Shown here: positions 40,434 through 54,000 of the stretch, in pieces
How the letters are laid out: each line of letters starts with the position of its first letter
How positions within the stretch are numbered: the first letter of the stretch is position 1
Program-made: the position numbers and the translations under genes
Source: Octopus vulgaris
Lineage: Eukaryota
Direction: 5' to 3'
DNA: 64,000 nt
Assembly (NCBI GenBank): GCA_951406725.2
Contig: OX597815.1
Location: 126,790,001-126,854,000 of the forward strand
The notes under the pieces: model-generated
What the model was told of the DNA's origin: nothing
Databases searched by the model: none
The model's input: only the letters and a program-made list of their open reading frames with translations

Positions 40434-41810
40434 ATATGTTAATAAATAAGTGTAGATATGTATGTATGTAAGTATATATTTATATATATATATATATATA
40501 TACATACATACTTACATACATATATACACATACCACACATATATGCATGCACAAATACAACAAACACACACACACATACACACACATGTGCAAGATATAT
40601 ATATATATCCCACCCATACTAGCATGGAAAGCAGACGTTAATCGATGATGATGATGATGATGATATATCTATATCTACTAATGAGATGATAAGTGTGACT
40701 ACACAAAAGTGTTTATATGATTCAATTGTGCAAAGTATGTATTGATTAGTAAGGAATTCTACATGGATTAGCTGCTATAACTATTTATTCATTTATCTTC
40801 ATGACAGGATGTATTGAATGTGAAATGCTATCATGGTTCTAATTAATTTTCACACCCAATAAGCTTCTTATTTCATGATAGGTCCTAACAACTTAGTATT
40901 GTTCCAGAAATCTTTATTTTCATCAATAATGTTTACAAGATATTTCTGTTTCATTGAAAAATCATATTACTGATATTCTTACACATATTTGCAGATTATT
41001 TATTAATATATCTATTAATTATTTGACAAATTTCTTACACTTCCCCATTCCCTATTCATATAACTGATATGTTAAGTTATCTAATTGTTTTATTTGATTT
41101 ATACTCATTCTTATTTTTGGTTTGTGCATGTTTCCTGCTTAAATGTTATTTTATATTCTTTATTTATTTTTTAGTCTATGATCTCAATTGCTGGATAATA
41201 TCTACTCATTTCAACACTCAAATAATTCATTGGTGATGATTGATTTAGATATATGCCTAAATAAATGTGAGCAACTCAACTTTAAAGTGAGAACTTTAGT
41301 TTCATAGTTACATTGATTGAGGATTTAAATAACACTCCTTGTTCATAGATATGAAAAAATGAATTATCATACATATTTTCTTATTTCAAATGTTTTTTGT
41401 TTGATTTGTAATGTAGTGAAACCTAATTCCACTAGGGAAAGTTTTACTGGTTTGCTGCTTTTCACCAGTTTATTGGAACAACTAGACTGAAACATCTTTG
41501 CCATACATTGGCTATATAAATAGGAACTAAAAGCATTCCATTTCTGTCTTTCTTTGGCAAGTTTCAACCAGAGTAGAAACTGGCAGATTCATTGTCTACT
41601 CTTGTTCAGTTAGTTTTAATATAAAATGTATTTCAGTTGAACAAGATATCAATTTGCCATATCTGTTCTTCCATCTTACCTCAATACATATTTTGATTTA
41701 TTTTCTTTTATCTCAATATTTTGCCTTCACACTTCATGAGTGATTCAAAGGCATGTGTTAAACTCTGCTTCTACAATACATTAACTCAAAACTTTTTTCT
41801 TACAAGTGTA

Positions 41811-43102
41811 CGAGGGGCGTTCAATAAGTAATGCCCCTGACCCACTTCCCATAGCAGTAGAGCAACGAAACTTGGAACAGTTATTAGTCTTTTTCTACAT
41901 AGGAACCACCCAGAGTTACGCATTTCTCCCATCGTTTGATGCAGCTCTGAAGACCGTTTTTGTAGAAGACCCCAGCTTGGTCCTCCAACCACGACGTGAC
42001 TTGAGAAATCAAGGCTGCATCATCTGGGAAACGCTTTCCTTTCAAAAACAACTTCATGGCTGGGAAGAGGTGAAAATCAGAGGGTGCAAGGTCAGGAGAG
42101 TAGGGGGGATGGGGGATGAGTTCATAGCTGCATGCCTGTGCTTCTGATCTGGCGACACGCGAGTTGTGGATCGGAGCATTATCCTGCAGGAGGAGGATGC
42201 CTTTGCTGATCTGTCCCCGCCTCTTGATTTTGATAGCTTCTCTTAATTTCCTCAAAAGTGAAGCATAATAGACTCCTGTAATTGTGGCACCCTTTGCCAG
42301 GAAATCTGTCTTCACTACTCCGTCCTGGTCCCAGAAGACTGTAAGCATGACCTTGCCAGCGGAGGGCTGCACCCTTGCCTTCTTTGGAGGAGGTGAGTCA
42401 CGGTGCTTCCACTGCATTGACTGGGCTTTGGTCTCTGGATCATAGTGATGGACCCAGGTTTTATCCTATGCAATCAGTCTTTTGAAAAATTTTGACTCAT
42501 CTTCTTGGCACATCTCCAAATTCATCCTTGAGCAATCTACGCGTTCTTGCTTCTGGAAAGGTGTGAGCAACCTGGGAATCCATCTGGCAGACACCTTTTG
42601 CATATGCAAATGGTCATGAATGATAGTTTTCACAGACCCGGTACTAATCTTGACCTCATGGGCTATTTGGCGAATAGTTATGCGTCGATCTTCCAAAATG
42701 GCAGCCTCAACTTGACAGACAGATGCCTCATCAATGGCAGAAGGGGGCGACCAGATCTGGGAGCTGTTTCCACAGAGTTCCGACCATGTTTGGATTCACG
42801 ATGCCAGCGTTTTACAAGGTCATATGATGGGGCATCATCACCATAAGTTACTTTCATTTCATCAAAAGTCTCCCGTGGTGTGCGTCCTTTCAAATACAAA
42901 AACCGGATCACTGCTCGACACTCAACATGCTCCATTTCACACTTGACTCAGTCCAAACACCTGTAAATCGGAAACCACAATTAGTTCAGAGCTGTAATTT
43001 GCCACTTAATCTATAGAGATATAAATAATTGCACATGCAAAATTTCAGCTAGATCAAACAACTGCAAGTGGGTCAGGGGCATTACTTATTGAACGCCCCT
43101 CA
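41811..43102 (-). mobile_element. Full-length mariner transposon (1292 bp), TA TSDs, ~35-bp TIRs
   Basis: TA-CGAGGGGCGTTCAATAAGTAATGCCCCTGACCCAC ... GTGGGTCAGGGGCATTACTTATTGAACGCCCCTCA-TA. Confidence 0.95.
41884..42935 (-). pseudogene. mariner D,D34D transposase with one frameshift and one stop
   Basis: MEHVECRAVIRFLYLKG...RSGRP, WIPRLL, DKTWVHHYDP, QDNAPIH...HPPYSPDLAPSD (34 residues between the 2nd and 3rd Asp). Frameshift near 42740, stop at 42466. Confidence 0.93.
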
Positions 43103-43696
43103 TAACTGAAAATTTTTTCTCAGTACTCAACATGAATTTTATAAACAATTTGGAAATAAACATGTACTGCTTAATTATATTGAATTATCATACCACTTAG
43201 ACCAAGAGTGGTATAATGAAAATAAATAAGAACTAAAATATATATCACAATAGTTTTGTTCTTGCATCCATATTTTCTAAATTGGTGATTAGGACTTTTG
43301 ATCAAGTAGCCATTTTTGACAGCAGCTATAAAATTTTTCTAATTTGCCTTTTAACTGACATCTATCAATATGACGGTGCAACTAACAGCAGTATACCTGT
43401 CAGCCATTAACTTAAAATTGGCTTGTTTCTTGTTTAATGACCAGCAAGCTTCCATAGCTTGCAGCTAGTCACCTGATATGCAACAACATATTAAAGTCTA
43501 CATGTTTTGCCTACCTTACTGGTTCAGTTTTACCAGAAATAGGACAAGCTCACCTTGAAAGTAAACCAGTTAGAGAGTATTAACTCAAATGTGAAAATCT
43601 CCAGGCAATCCAGATCAGTCTCACCAGAGTGTACAAAAAACAAACAAACATGAGAGTCGTTCTGTTATCAATTCATAACTTTTCACAGTTGTATTC

Positions 43697-43901
43697 TTTT
43701 ATTCTTTTATTTGTTTCAGTCATTTGACTGCGGTCATGCTGGAGCACCACCTTTTTAGTCGAGTAAATTGATCCCAGGACTTATTCTTTATAAGCCTTAT
43801 TCTATTGGTCTCTTTTGCCAAACTGCTAAGTTATGGGGACGTAACTATACCAGCTTCAGTTGCCAAGCAATGTTGTGGGGGGGGGGGGGGACAAATACAG
43901 A

Positions 43902-43933
<32 letters not shown>

Positions 43934-44103
43934 TATATTCAACAAGCTTCTTTCAATTTCTGTCTACCAAATCCACTTACAAAGCTTTGGTCGGCCTGAG
44001 GTTATAGTAGAAGACACTTTCCCAAAGTGCCATGCAGTGGGACTGAACCTGGAACCATGTGATTGGTAAGCAAGCTACTTACCTCACAACCACTCCTGTG
44101 CCT
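43697..44103 (-). mobile_element. SINE family A
   Basis: Collinear with 1282..1669. Confidence 0.85.
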
Positions 44104-44369
44104 GTAGTTTACAACATTGAACTCAATAAAAACTATTTCACCATACAAGCCAGTTCAGTTTCCAATTGAAAACCTATTGTAGCCAGGAGTGTAAACTCAT
44201 ACATTTCTTATAAACACTAATACAATTGTTCATTCACTTTCTACAGATTCACTTGTATGAAAGTACACATCATGTAGAATCCCTTTACTTCTTATGCCCA
44301 CATTGTCTGAATTTCACTTGTAACTTGTGCATATAACATGTAGATATTATTTGTCTGTTGTACACACAT

Positions 44370-45575
44370 AGGTGCTGGCATGGCTGTGTGGTAAGAAGCT
44401 TGCTTCCCAACCACATGGCTCTGGGTTCAGTCCCACTGCATGGCACCTTGGGCAAGTGTCTTCTACTATAGCCCCGGACTGACCAAAGCTTTGTGAGTGG
44501 ATTTGGTAGACAGAAACAATATATATATTGTGTATGTATATATATATATATATATATATATACTTATACAAGATAAGAAAATGGAGAAATACATCTAAAT
44601 CAAATATCAATTACCAGATAATACTCAATCACATACTTTATTAAACCACCACATAAGAGACTGTAGGGTTAAATATAAAAAGCAGAACAAATAAGTGTAC
44701 ATAAAGGAATGTACATAAAAAGTGTACATAAATGAGTAATGTTGTATAATAATTAGAATATATATAAAAAAAGAATATAAATACAAGTAAATATAAATAT
44801 AAGTATAAATTAGATCTTACAGCTGTTTCGGCCATGTCGATAATTATGTCTCATTTTACCAATATTAGCCCTTTATGGTTGGCCAATATATAGATATAAA
44901 TGAGACATTAACAAAAATATCACAAGGCCTCTTCGGAGATTATGTAATATAACACAGTCTACACATATACCCACATGGGTGTGGGTGCGTACCCACAATA
45001 CAACATATATATATATACATATGAGTGCATATACTCACACTCCTATACATATAAAAAAAATATACATTTACATAATGATATAAATAAATAATATAAATTA
45101 GTAAACATATATATGTGTTCCACACCCAATGTCTCAGTTTTTCGACTTAATATTGTGATAATAAACATACACAAAATAATACCTAGATGTAAATATACAT
45201 AGTCAATAGTACATTATATTACTTCATAATAGTTTCCAAAGTGTCATTAAAGTTAGTATCATTATCGTTGTCAATACAATTAATGTTATCATTGTTATCA
45301 TTCATAATATTATATACTTATATATATTTTGGTAGACAGAAACTGAAAGAAGCCCATTGTAAATATATATATATGTATATGTTTGTGTGTCTGTTGCCGA
45401 CGTTAGTGTGTTTACATTCCCATAACTTAACAGCTCAGTGAAAGAAACCAATAGAATAAATACTAGGCTTACAAAGAATAAGCCCTGGGTTACTTTGTTC
45501 GACTAAAGGTAATTATCCAGCATGGCCGCAGTCAAAATGGCTGGAACAAGTAAAAGAAAACTGAATATAAGAATA
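44370..45575 (+). mobile_element. SINE family A split by an ~810-bp insertion with a 16-bp duplication
   Basis: TTTGGTAGACAGAAAC at 44502-44517 and 45328-45343; the SINE sequence resumes after the second copy. Confidence 0.8.
44814..44940 (-). ncRNA. Type I hammerhead-like motif with ~100-nt extended stem II
   Basis: ATCT-CCGAAGA-GGCC...TGTCTCATTT...AAATGAGACA...GGCC-GAAACAGCTGTA-AGAT. Palindromic stem III ACAGCTGT, GUA triplet, core U4>C. Confidence 0.7.
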
Positions 45576-45879
45576 AAAGAACATCATAAGAATTCATTTG
45601 TATTTTGCACACACTTCATTTTGTACATGTGTAGTCTCAGGTATGGCTGTCATCATCATCATCATCATCATCATGCTGGCATGTGTGGGACTGTTTGACA
45701 GAAGCTGTCCAGGCAGCAAGCAGCCTGCACCAGACTTCTGAGTCTCTTTTGGCAGGTTTTTACAGCTGGATGCCTTTCCTAACACCAACCACTCTGCAGA
45801 GTGGACTGAGCAATTTTTATGAGGCACAAGCACAGGGGAGGTCAGTTTAGCATGGTTTTTACTGGTGGATCATCATTAT

Positions 45880-47880
45880 CATTGTTGTTTAATATCCTCA
45901 TTCAATACTGGCATAGGTTGGACAGCTTGAGTGAGGACTGGCAGGCTGGGAGGCTCCACTAGGCTTCAATCTGATCTGGCAAGGTTTCTACAGCTGGATG
46001 CCGTTCCTAATGCCAACCACTCCAAGAGTTTAATGGGTGCTTTTTACGTGCCACTGGCACAGGTGCCAGTCAGGTAGCACTGGCATCGGCCATGACTATG
46101 ATTTCACTTGGTTCACCAGGTCTTCACATGCACAGCATATTGGCCAATGATTGAAGGGTGCTTTTAAATGGGCCAGTTATGCGACACCCACATTGGCCAT
46201 GACTACAATCTCACTTGGTTTTCTGAGTCTTCTCAAGCGCAGCATATCTCAAAAGTCTTGGTCGCTAGTCATTGCCTCTGTGAGGCCTAATGTTTGAAGG
46301 TCATGCTTCACCACCTCATTCACTGTCTTCCTGGGTCCACCTCTTCCACAGGTTCCCTCTGTTATTAGGGGGTGACACTTCTTCACACAGCTATCCTCAT
46401 CCATATGCATCACATGACCATACCAGTGCAGTTGTCTCTCTTGCATACCACATCTGATGCTTCTTATGTCTAACTTTTCTCTCAGGGTGTTTACACTCTG
46501 TCATGAATGCACACTGACATTACACATCCAGTGAAGCATAATAGCTTCATTTCTTTCAAACCTGTGCATGTTCTCAGCAGTCACAGCCCATGTTTCTCTG
46601 CTGTGTAGCATGGCTGTTTGTGAGTGAGAGGCCCTTTGTTACCAGGTAGGAGTTCTCAGAACTTTGCCCAGCCTATTCTTATTCTATCAGCTATGATCTC
46701 AGACCATCCACCCCCACTACTGACTTGGTCACTTAGGTAATGGAAGCTATCAGCTACGTCTAGTTTTTCCCCCTGGCATGTAATGGAATCTGTTTGCTGT
46801 ACATTTTCAGTGTTTATTGCACTTGTGCATCTTCCACACAAAAACTATCATCTCAGTTAACCTTCCTTTGATATTGCTGCACCTCTTATGTGTCCATAGC
46901 TTACACTGGAAACAACTTATGGAGTTTCTACCTACGCCTTTTCTACAGATTGAGCAAGGCCATCTACCTGAAGGGGCTTGTGATTTATCTGCCTTCCTAC
47001 TTACTAAGACTTTGGTTTTGCTAGGTTAACTTCAAGGCCCTTCGATTCTAGACCTTGCTTCCACACCTGAAACCTCTTCTCTAGTTCTGGTAGTGACTCA
47101 GGTATTAGAATAAGGTCATCAGCATAGAGAAGCTCCCAGGGGCAGCCTTTCTTAAATTCCTCTGTTATTGCCTGGAGAATTATGATGAACAAGAGAGGGT
47201 TGAGGACTGATCCTTGTCAAACTCCTACTTCTACCCAGAATTATTTCCTATACTCATTGCCAACCTTCACCTTACTGACAGTGTCCCTGTACATGGCTTG
47301 TACAGCTCTCGCCTACCATTCATCTATCCCTAGTTTCCACATTGACCATCAGATAGGGGATCAAGGGACCCTGTCAAAGGCTTTCTCCATGTCAACAAAA
47401 GCCATGTACAGAAGTTTTTCTTTGGCTAGGAATTTCTCCTGCAGCTGTCTTACCAGAAATATAGAATCAATGGTGCTTCTCCCTGGCACAAATCCAAACT
47501 GCATCTCATCTAATCTAACTCTCTCCCTAATTAATTGGGCTATAACCCTCTCCATGACTTTCATCACCTGATCCAACAGTTTGATACCTCTGTAAATATT
47601 TCTATCTAAGGCGTTACCTTTACCTTTGTAGCAGTTGATTATAGTGCTGCTACACCTGTCATTGGGTATGACTCCTTCAAGTATCACCTGGTTAATTATA
47701 TGGGTGACTGGACTATAGCCTATACTGCCAGATATTTTAAGCATCTCAGCAGTTATTTCTGGCGGGTCGAGGGCTTTCCTTGTCTTCATAACCTTAATTG
47801 CTCTATCTATCAAGGTACTGTCAATTCGGATACCTGGTCCCTCTGTTGGGTTGACATGTGGCAGACTCTCTTACTCCCAT
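45880..47880 (-). mobile_element. 5'-truncated RTE-clade LINE (RT with embedded PHD-like finger)
   Basis: ORFs 47361..47813 (YKGKG, YRGIKLL, QFGF, FVDMEKAFD), 47004..47192 (LLYADD), 46656..46841 (FHYL) and 46249..46446 (WYGHV, GPRKT). Confidence 0.92.
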
Positions 47881-48103
47881 TCATTCTTTTCATTTGCCCT
47901 TCCAAATGCCAACCACTTTACAGTGTAGATTGGATGCTTTTTAAGTGGCACCAGCACAGGCAGGGTCACCAAGCAACTTACAAGACAAGGATCCTTTGAG
48001 GTGGGGGGAATTAGAGAAAGGGATCTTGTGTTAGATGATGAAAAGTTATAGTGAGACAGAAACAGGTGTCTTACTGTAGGGGAGGTACATGGTTACCCAA
48101 CCA

Positions 48104-48159
<56 letters not shown>

Positions 48160-51100
48160 GAGTGTGTGTTTGTGTGTGAGAGAGAGAGAGAAAGTGTGTG
48201 TGTGAGAGAGAGAGAGAGAGAGAATAAGGACAGAAATAGGTGTGCTGCTGTAAAGGATATACATGGTTAACCCAAGAAGGAGAGAGAGAGTGGGAGACAG
48301 CAGGACTGAAAGAGAGAGCAGGTGGCAAAAGGCTGGATATACTCATGAGGGACAGGGATCAGAATGTAAATGGGATGGACAAGTAATCAGAATATAGATG
48401 GAATGGTTGAGTAAAAGGAGAGAGAGTGAGAGAGATGGTGGCAAGTATCAAGGCATACCCTTGCAGTATGGAGGTCATAATATAAGTGGCAGGGCATTGC
48501 CAAAGAAGTATTAGTAAAGAGTGGGGGAGGGAATATAGAGAGTGGGGAAAACCTGGGTACATGGAGGAGGTGGGTGGGGCTACTGGATAGCAATGATACA
48601 ATGTACAGGACCATGAGGACAAGATTGGGGAGTGAGAGATAAGCGTAGTGCATGAAGGAGATGTGAGGAAGAGAAGAGATGTAGTTTGGCTTGTTGGAGT
48701 AGGATGTGTAAAAGGTTTACTTGTTACATGTGGGTAGAAAACAGAGTGCTTCTAGAACACAGTTTCACACATGGGTGGGTTTTCTCAAGAACTCCATATT
48801 GCCAGATATCTTCTTTTTCTTTGCTTGGAAACAGGTGTAGGTTTGTGACCAATGCCAGTGGAGTCTGACTGGCATCCATGCCAGTGGCACATAAAAAGCA
48901 CTGTTCGAGTGTTGGGCCTCATGGAGGCAGTAATAGGTGACAGAGACCTTTGGCAATACACCATGCTTGTGCAGACCTGTCAGCCAAGTGAGACCATAGT
49001 CATGGCCAATGCCAGTGTCAGGTCATTGGCACCCATGCTGGTGGCATGTTAAAAACACCTGCAATATTCTTAGAGTTGTTAGTATTAGGAAGGGAATCCA
49101 GCCATAGAAACCTTGCCAAATCAAATCGGAACCTGGTGCAGCCTGCTGGCTTCAGCTGCACTGCATATTAATTTGTTATGTCTCAATTCTCCCATGTTAC
49201 TTTAACAAGTTGATTTCCACTCTTTTATTTCAACATTTACCATTCACACTTACACATGACCAAAAAGTGTCTTATTAGAAAAATATAGAGGCACAGACAT
49301 GACTGTGTGGTTAGGAAGTACAGTTCTCAATCATCTGGCTTTAGTTTCAGTCCCACAACATGCAAGCTTGGATATTTTCTTCTGTAGCTTTAGGCTGACC
49401 AATGCCTTGGGGGAAAATTCCATAGACAAATACTAGAAGAAGCTCGTTATTTATATATTTTTATCATCATTATTTAATGTCTGTATTCCATACTGCCATA
49501 AACTGGAGTATTTGGTTGTATCCAACAAGCCAGAAGACTGTGCTGAGCTCCAAATTTTGCTTGGACATAGTTTCTATGGCTGGATGCCCTTTCTAATGCC
49601 AACCACTTTATAGACTGTACTGAGTGCTTTTTTGTGCCATTAACACCAGTGAGGTAACTTGAAAGACAACCCTGCACTAAATAATGATGAGTAGCTGGAA
49701 AGAAAGATAAAGGTAGTTGTGATAAGGTATCAGGGCATGCTCTCAATGTACAAGAAGGTGAGTACAAGAGAGACTACAGATATAGAAAAACACATATTAA
49801 CTTAAACAATAACAATATTCTTAACACTACTTCCACAGCATGTTTAACTCAAATCTTTTTTCTTATAAACATTGTAATTTGAAAAATGTAATTATTCTAT
49901 GTATTAATTACTCTTTTATCAAAACTTATATTTTATGGATCTTTTGGAAATAAACATGTCCTGCTTAACCATGTTGAATTATCATACTATACAGGTTAGT
50001 AGTTGCCTGTCTTCTGGGGATACATTGAAAATAAATTGATGTCATCTCTCACATTAATATTTTCTATGAATACATTATGTCTTGTTTGATACATTGGAAT
50101 CAAAACCTCAAAATCTCATGATAGTTACATACTTTAGATCTTGCTGATTGAAATATTCAGTAAGTGCTGTATAATAAAAGCTAATGAGCTTAATCAATGA
50201 CTCAAGTTAATTCCTAAAGTTGAACTCAGTTCAGTACTTTAGCACCCCTAATGCTCTGAAGAATGTCTTAAATATCTTCACACAGTTTCATTTCCCTGAC
50301 TTATTAATGTGTAGCCCTCTATCTAAGTATGAAGAAAGTCAGTAAAATTAATAATGTGTCTACTTTAGATGGTGTACTTGTGATAAAAATAAAAATGATA
50401 GAATGATTAAGACTACATTTTGAGATAGTTATTAATGAACCAGAGTAGATATAAGATAAAAAGAAAAGGATAATTAAATACAAAATAAGAAATTACCAAA
50501 TGGAAGAAGTTACTGGACAGAAGCAATACTGTTAAAATTGGTCCCCTTCATGCATCAACAGCACATCTTCATTCTTTCTTCACCTTCCATCTCCTCTTGT
50601 CCCTCCAATTCATCCTCCTTCCCCTTCTTCTATTCCTATTCCTTCTCCACATTATCATCATTGTTCTAGCATCTATTTTGTTAAGTTGTTATAGGTTGTA
50701 TGGCTCAGTTATATAACATATTGCTAATCCACTTGGATTTTGTCATCTTATCTGTAAGATCCAAAATTCAGAAATTTAATCTTGCTACTTTCCTTCTTTT
50801 CCTCATCCGTACAAGTAATCATATTTGGCATAACATGGCATTTTGTTCACACCAAGCATTTCATTGTCTGTTTGCATCAAATTTCTAGTCATCTCTCTTG
50901 TATTCTTTAGCTGATACTGTTAATGCTTACCTACTCTTTCAGTTGATCATTCTTGCCTCATTTCTCCCCAGTCCTCACAGATCTTTTATATTTAATGGTC
51001 TTGTTTCACTAGCAAGCAGCAACATACTCCTTATGCATGCTTCATACTATCTACTTTTTGCACAAAGTGGAATCCTACGTTGACAACAGAAGTGACAACA

Positions 51101-51184
51101 CCCTGAAATTCTAATGAATATAGTCTTTAATGAAAAGTAACATTAATGCAATTCTTAATATCTAATCTCACATTGTATTATTAA

Positions 51185-51322
51185 CCCTTTTGTTGCTATA
51201 TTTCCAATTAAGAACACTGTCTTTGTTTTAATTAATTTTGAAAATAATAAATAATAACATTAATAGGAAGAATGTATCATAGAACTAGGGGTGGTCTCAG
51301 ACAAGTTGGAATCAAAAGGATT
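51185..51322. mobile_element. Decayed piggyBac-type MITE related to 949..1163
   Basis: TTAA-CCCTTTTG left end, similar internal AT-rich motifs, degenerate CAAAAGGATT right end. Confidence 0.45.
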
Positions 51323-51719
51323 CTAGATTTCAGGTGTATAACATGCTTGCATAGCATATGACTTTTGAGACTCATGCAAATTCCTCCACCAATCTATATA
51401 GTTCAGTATGGATATGAAAAAAAAAAATTTATAAGAAAACTATGAGATATCATATAGAAACTTATAGAGAAAAGAAGATTAAGCCCAGTACATATGTTAC
51501 TTTAGAGAAAAACACGAGTAGAATCATCCCCTTTTCATGACTTGCAACTGAAAATCAAAATGTTTATGACATTCATTCAAAATCAACTGAAATCCACAGT
51601 GTATTCTCTTAAAGCAGTATTGTTCTTGCCACTGTCTGAATTGAGCAAGCTTCTGGGAGTAAATGAAATATACTACACTTTCTGAAACATAGGCTTAAAA
51701 GTCAATATTTATTCTTTAA

Positions 51720-51814
<95 letters not shown>

Positions 51815-53106
51815 AAGGAAAGATTATACAAAGCTATTTCAAGATATGGAACCTTGTAATTTTTTCTGTTGCTAAAGTGACATGCACAAAAATAACTATA
51901 TTTTAAACTGTATATTTTATTTCTCTTGCAGTTCTTGGGGTATTTTTAAAAATAAATTCATTTCAACATTTTTCAGTCTAAGCATATGTCCATCCTAATT
52001 TTAAAAATAAAGTAAATTCTTTCTTTTATAATCTTAGCATTGAATTCTATATTTTACAAGTATAGTGGTGTTATGTTAAACAAACCAGTTCCAAAACAAA
52101 TTATTCTGACTTTAGCTCAAAGGGTACTAATCATATATATTACACTAAATGCTTCAACTAAGCATTAAATCTGGAAAAAATGAACCTAGACAAAATATAA
52201 ATTACTGAATTTCTGTATAGAATATTTGTGAAACAACAAAGGTACAAAACCTTTTCCAAATTTCAATAGGTCAACATAACTTTTTCTTTTTCTAAAAACA
52301 ATGAAATATTTAGAAAATGGCAGTTAAATAAAATCTGCTAATACGCAAGACCTTGTTGAAATAACATCATATAGGCGTTTTATGTCTGTTCAAATGAGAA
52401 AGAGCTGAACCCAGGCTTTCTATATCTTTTCTAGGGGAAAACATTGAGCCTATTGTCCATTATAGTTACTATGAAGATAATACAATTATATTTCAATTAA
52501 TTATGCTGGAAAATGAATTTCATGACCTGAAGTTCCAAATAGATGCAATCAGTTTAAAGAGAGATTGCATGCACTGTCTTATGTAAAACATTTCAATAAT
52601 AATGAAACAAAATTTTGGTTAGAGGTTAAAAAGACAAAGCAATTTAGCATATAATGATCTGGGTGATGTTAGGATGGTACTGAGGAATTAGGAAGTTTTC
52701 TTAACACAAAATAATTGGATTGATGTGGAGTATAAGAAATTGCTGTTGAAATTTTATGAAAATTCAATTGTATCAATATGGTGTTAAGCTATATTATAGA
52801 ACTTGAAAAAAAAAAAAATAAAAAAATAAAAAATACAAGTAAAAAGCTATATATGTAATATATAGATAAAGCAAATATTAATAAAAATACATAATTTGAT
52901 GAAATTAAAATTGAAGAAATGCACTGTCTGGGTTTATTTTCTAGTTTTATCATGAAAATAAAAATGTTATATTTACCATCCAAAATAAAGTTTCATTTGC
53001 AAATTCTGCATATTGTTCAATTGTAGACAATACACTGAATATAAGACAGATTAGGACCATCATGAATCTAGAAAACAAAAAGAAAGAAAGAAAATAAAAA
53101 TTTTTA

Positions 53107-53138
<32 letters not shown>

Positions 53139-53249
53139 TTAACTCCATGCAAATACTTTACTGCTCTTTTAGAGTGTGCTTCTTTCTTGGATATATGATC
53201 CACTGAGGATATATATACATATATATGTATGTATGCATGTACGTATGTA

Positions 53250-54000
53250 TGTCACTATTCAGTTTTATTTCAAGATTTCTTGCCAATAGAGAAAGAGTTG
53301 GTTTCTAACCTAGATCCAAGACTCCTTCATTGGAATTTCAACAACATCAACAGAGTATTTTTGTATGTATATATGTATGTTGGGGGAGAATTCACAAAAA
53401 ATCCCCAAAATACAAGAGATGAAGACAGGTAGTGTAGACGACAAACAGATGTATTAGTTTAACACTTGGGAAGTGTAAAACTCTTTAACGTTTTGAGCCT
53501 ACACTCTTCCACAGAAATGAACATAGAAAGAAACAAGGAAAGAAAATTCAGAACGTGTAGTGGCTAGCGATCTGTCATGGTGAATGCCGGACAGAAGGGT
53601 CACACAGGAGAGCTAGGGAGAAGGAGAGATAATGAAATAGTGGTGATCCCAAAACGAAGGTGAGCATGCATGTGTATAAGAGAGTTTGTATGTGCGTATG
53701 GAAGAGGGCTGTTGATCTTGACATGTGTGTGTATGTGTAGGTGTGAAAATGTGGGTCTGGGAAGTGGCCAATGCCGATGTGTGCGTGGTGATGTGTTTTG
53801 ATGTGATGTGTAGTGTATATGTACAGATTTGTATGTTTTGTTTTATGTATGTATTTTCATATAGTTGCATGTTTAGACATACTCATATATACTTAATTGA
53901 TAAACTTCTGGAAAGTCTTACAGATTTTTACAGTTCCAGTGATGGCTTAGATCTGTAGTCTTTGAATCAGCTTTCTCCTTTCTGGTTTTGAGAAGCCTAG
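53250..54000 (-). mobile_element. 3' end of an RLE-type LINE (same family as 1675..2330), interrupted by an ~435-bp insert
   Basis: 53250..53350 and 53820..54000 align to 1675..1770 and 1870..2045; 53381..53815 is absent from the first copy. Confidence 0.7.
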
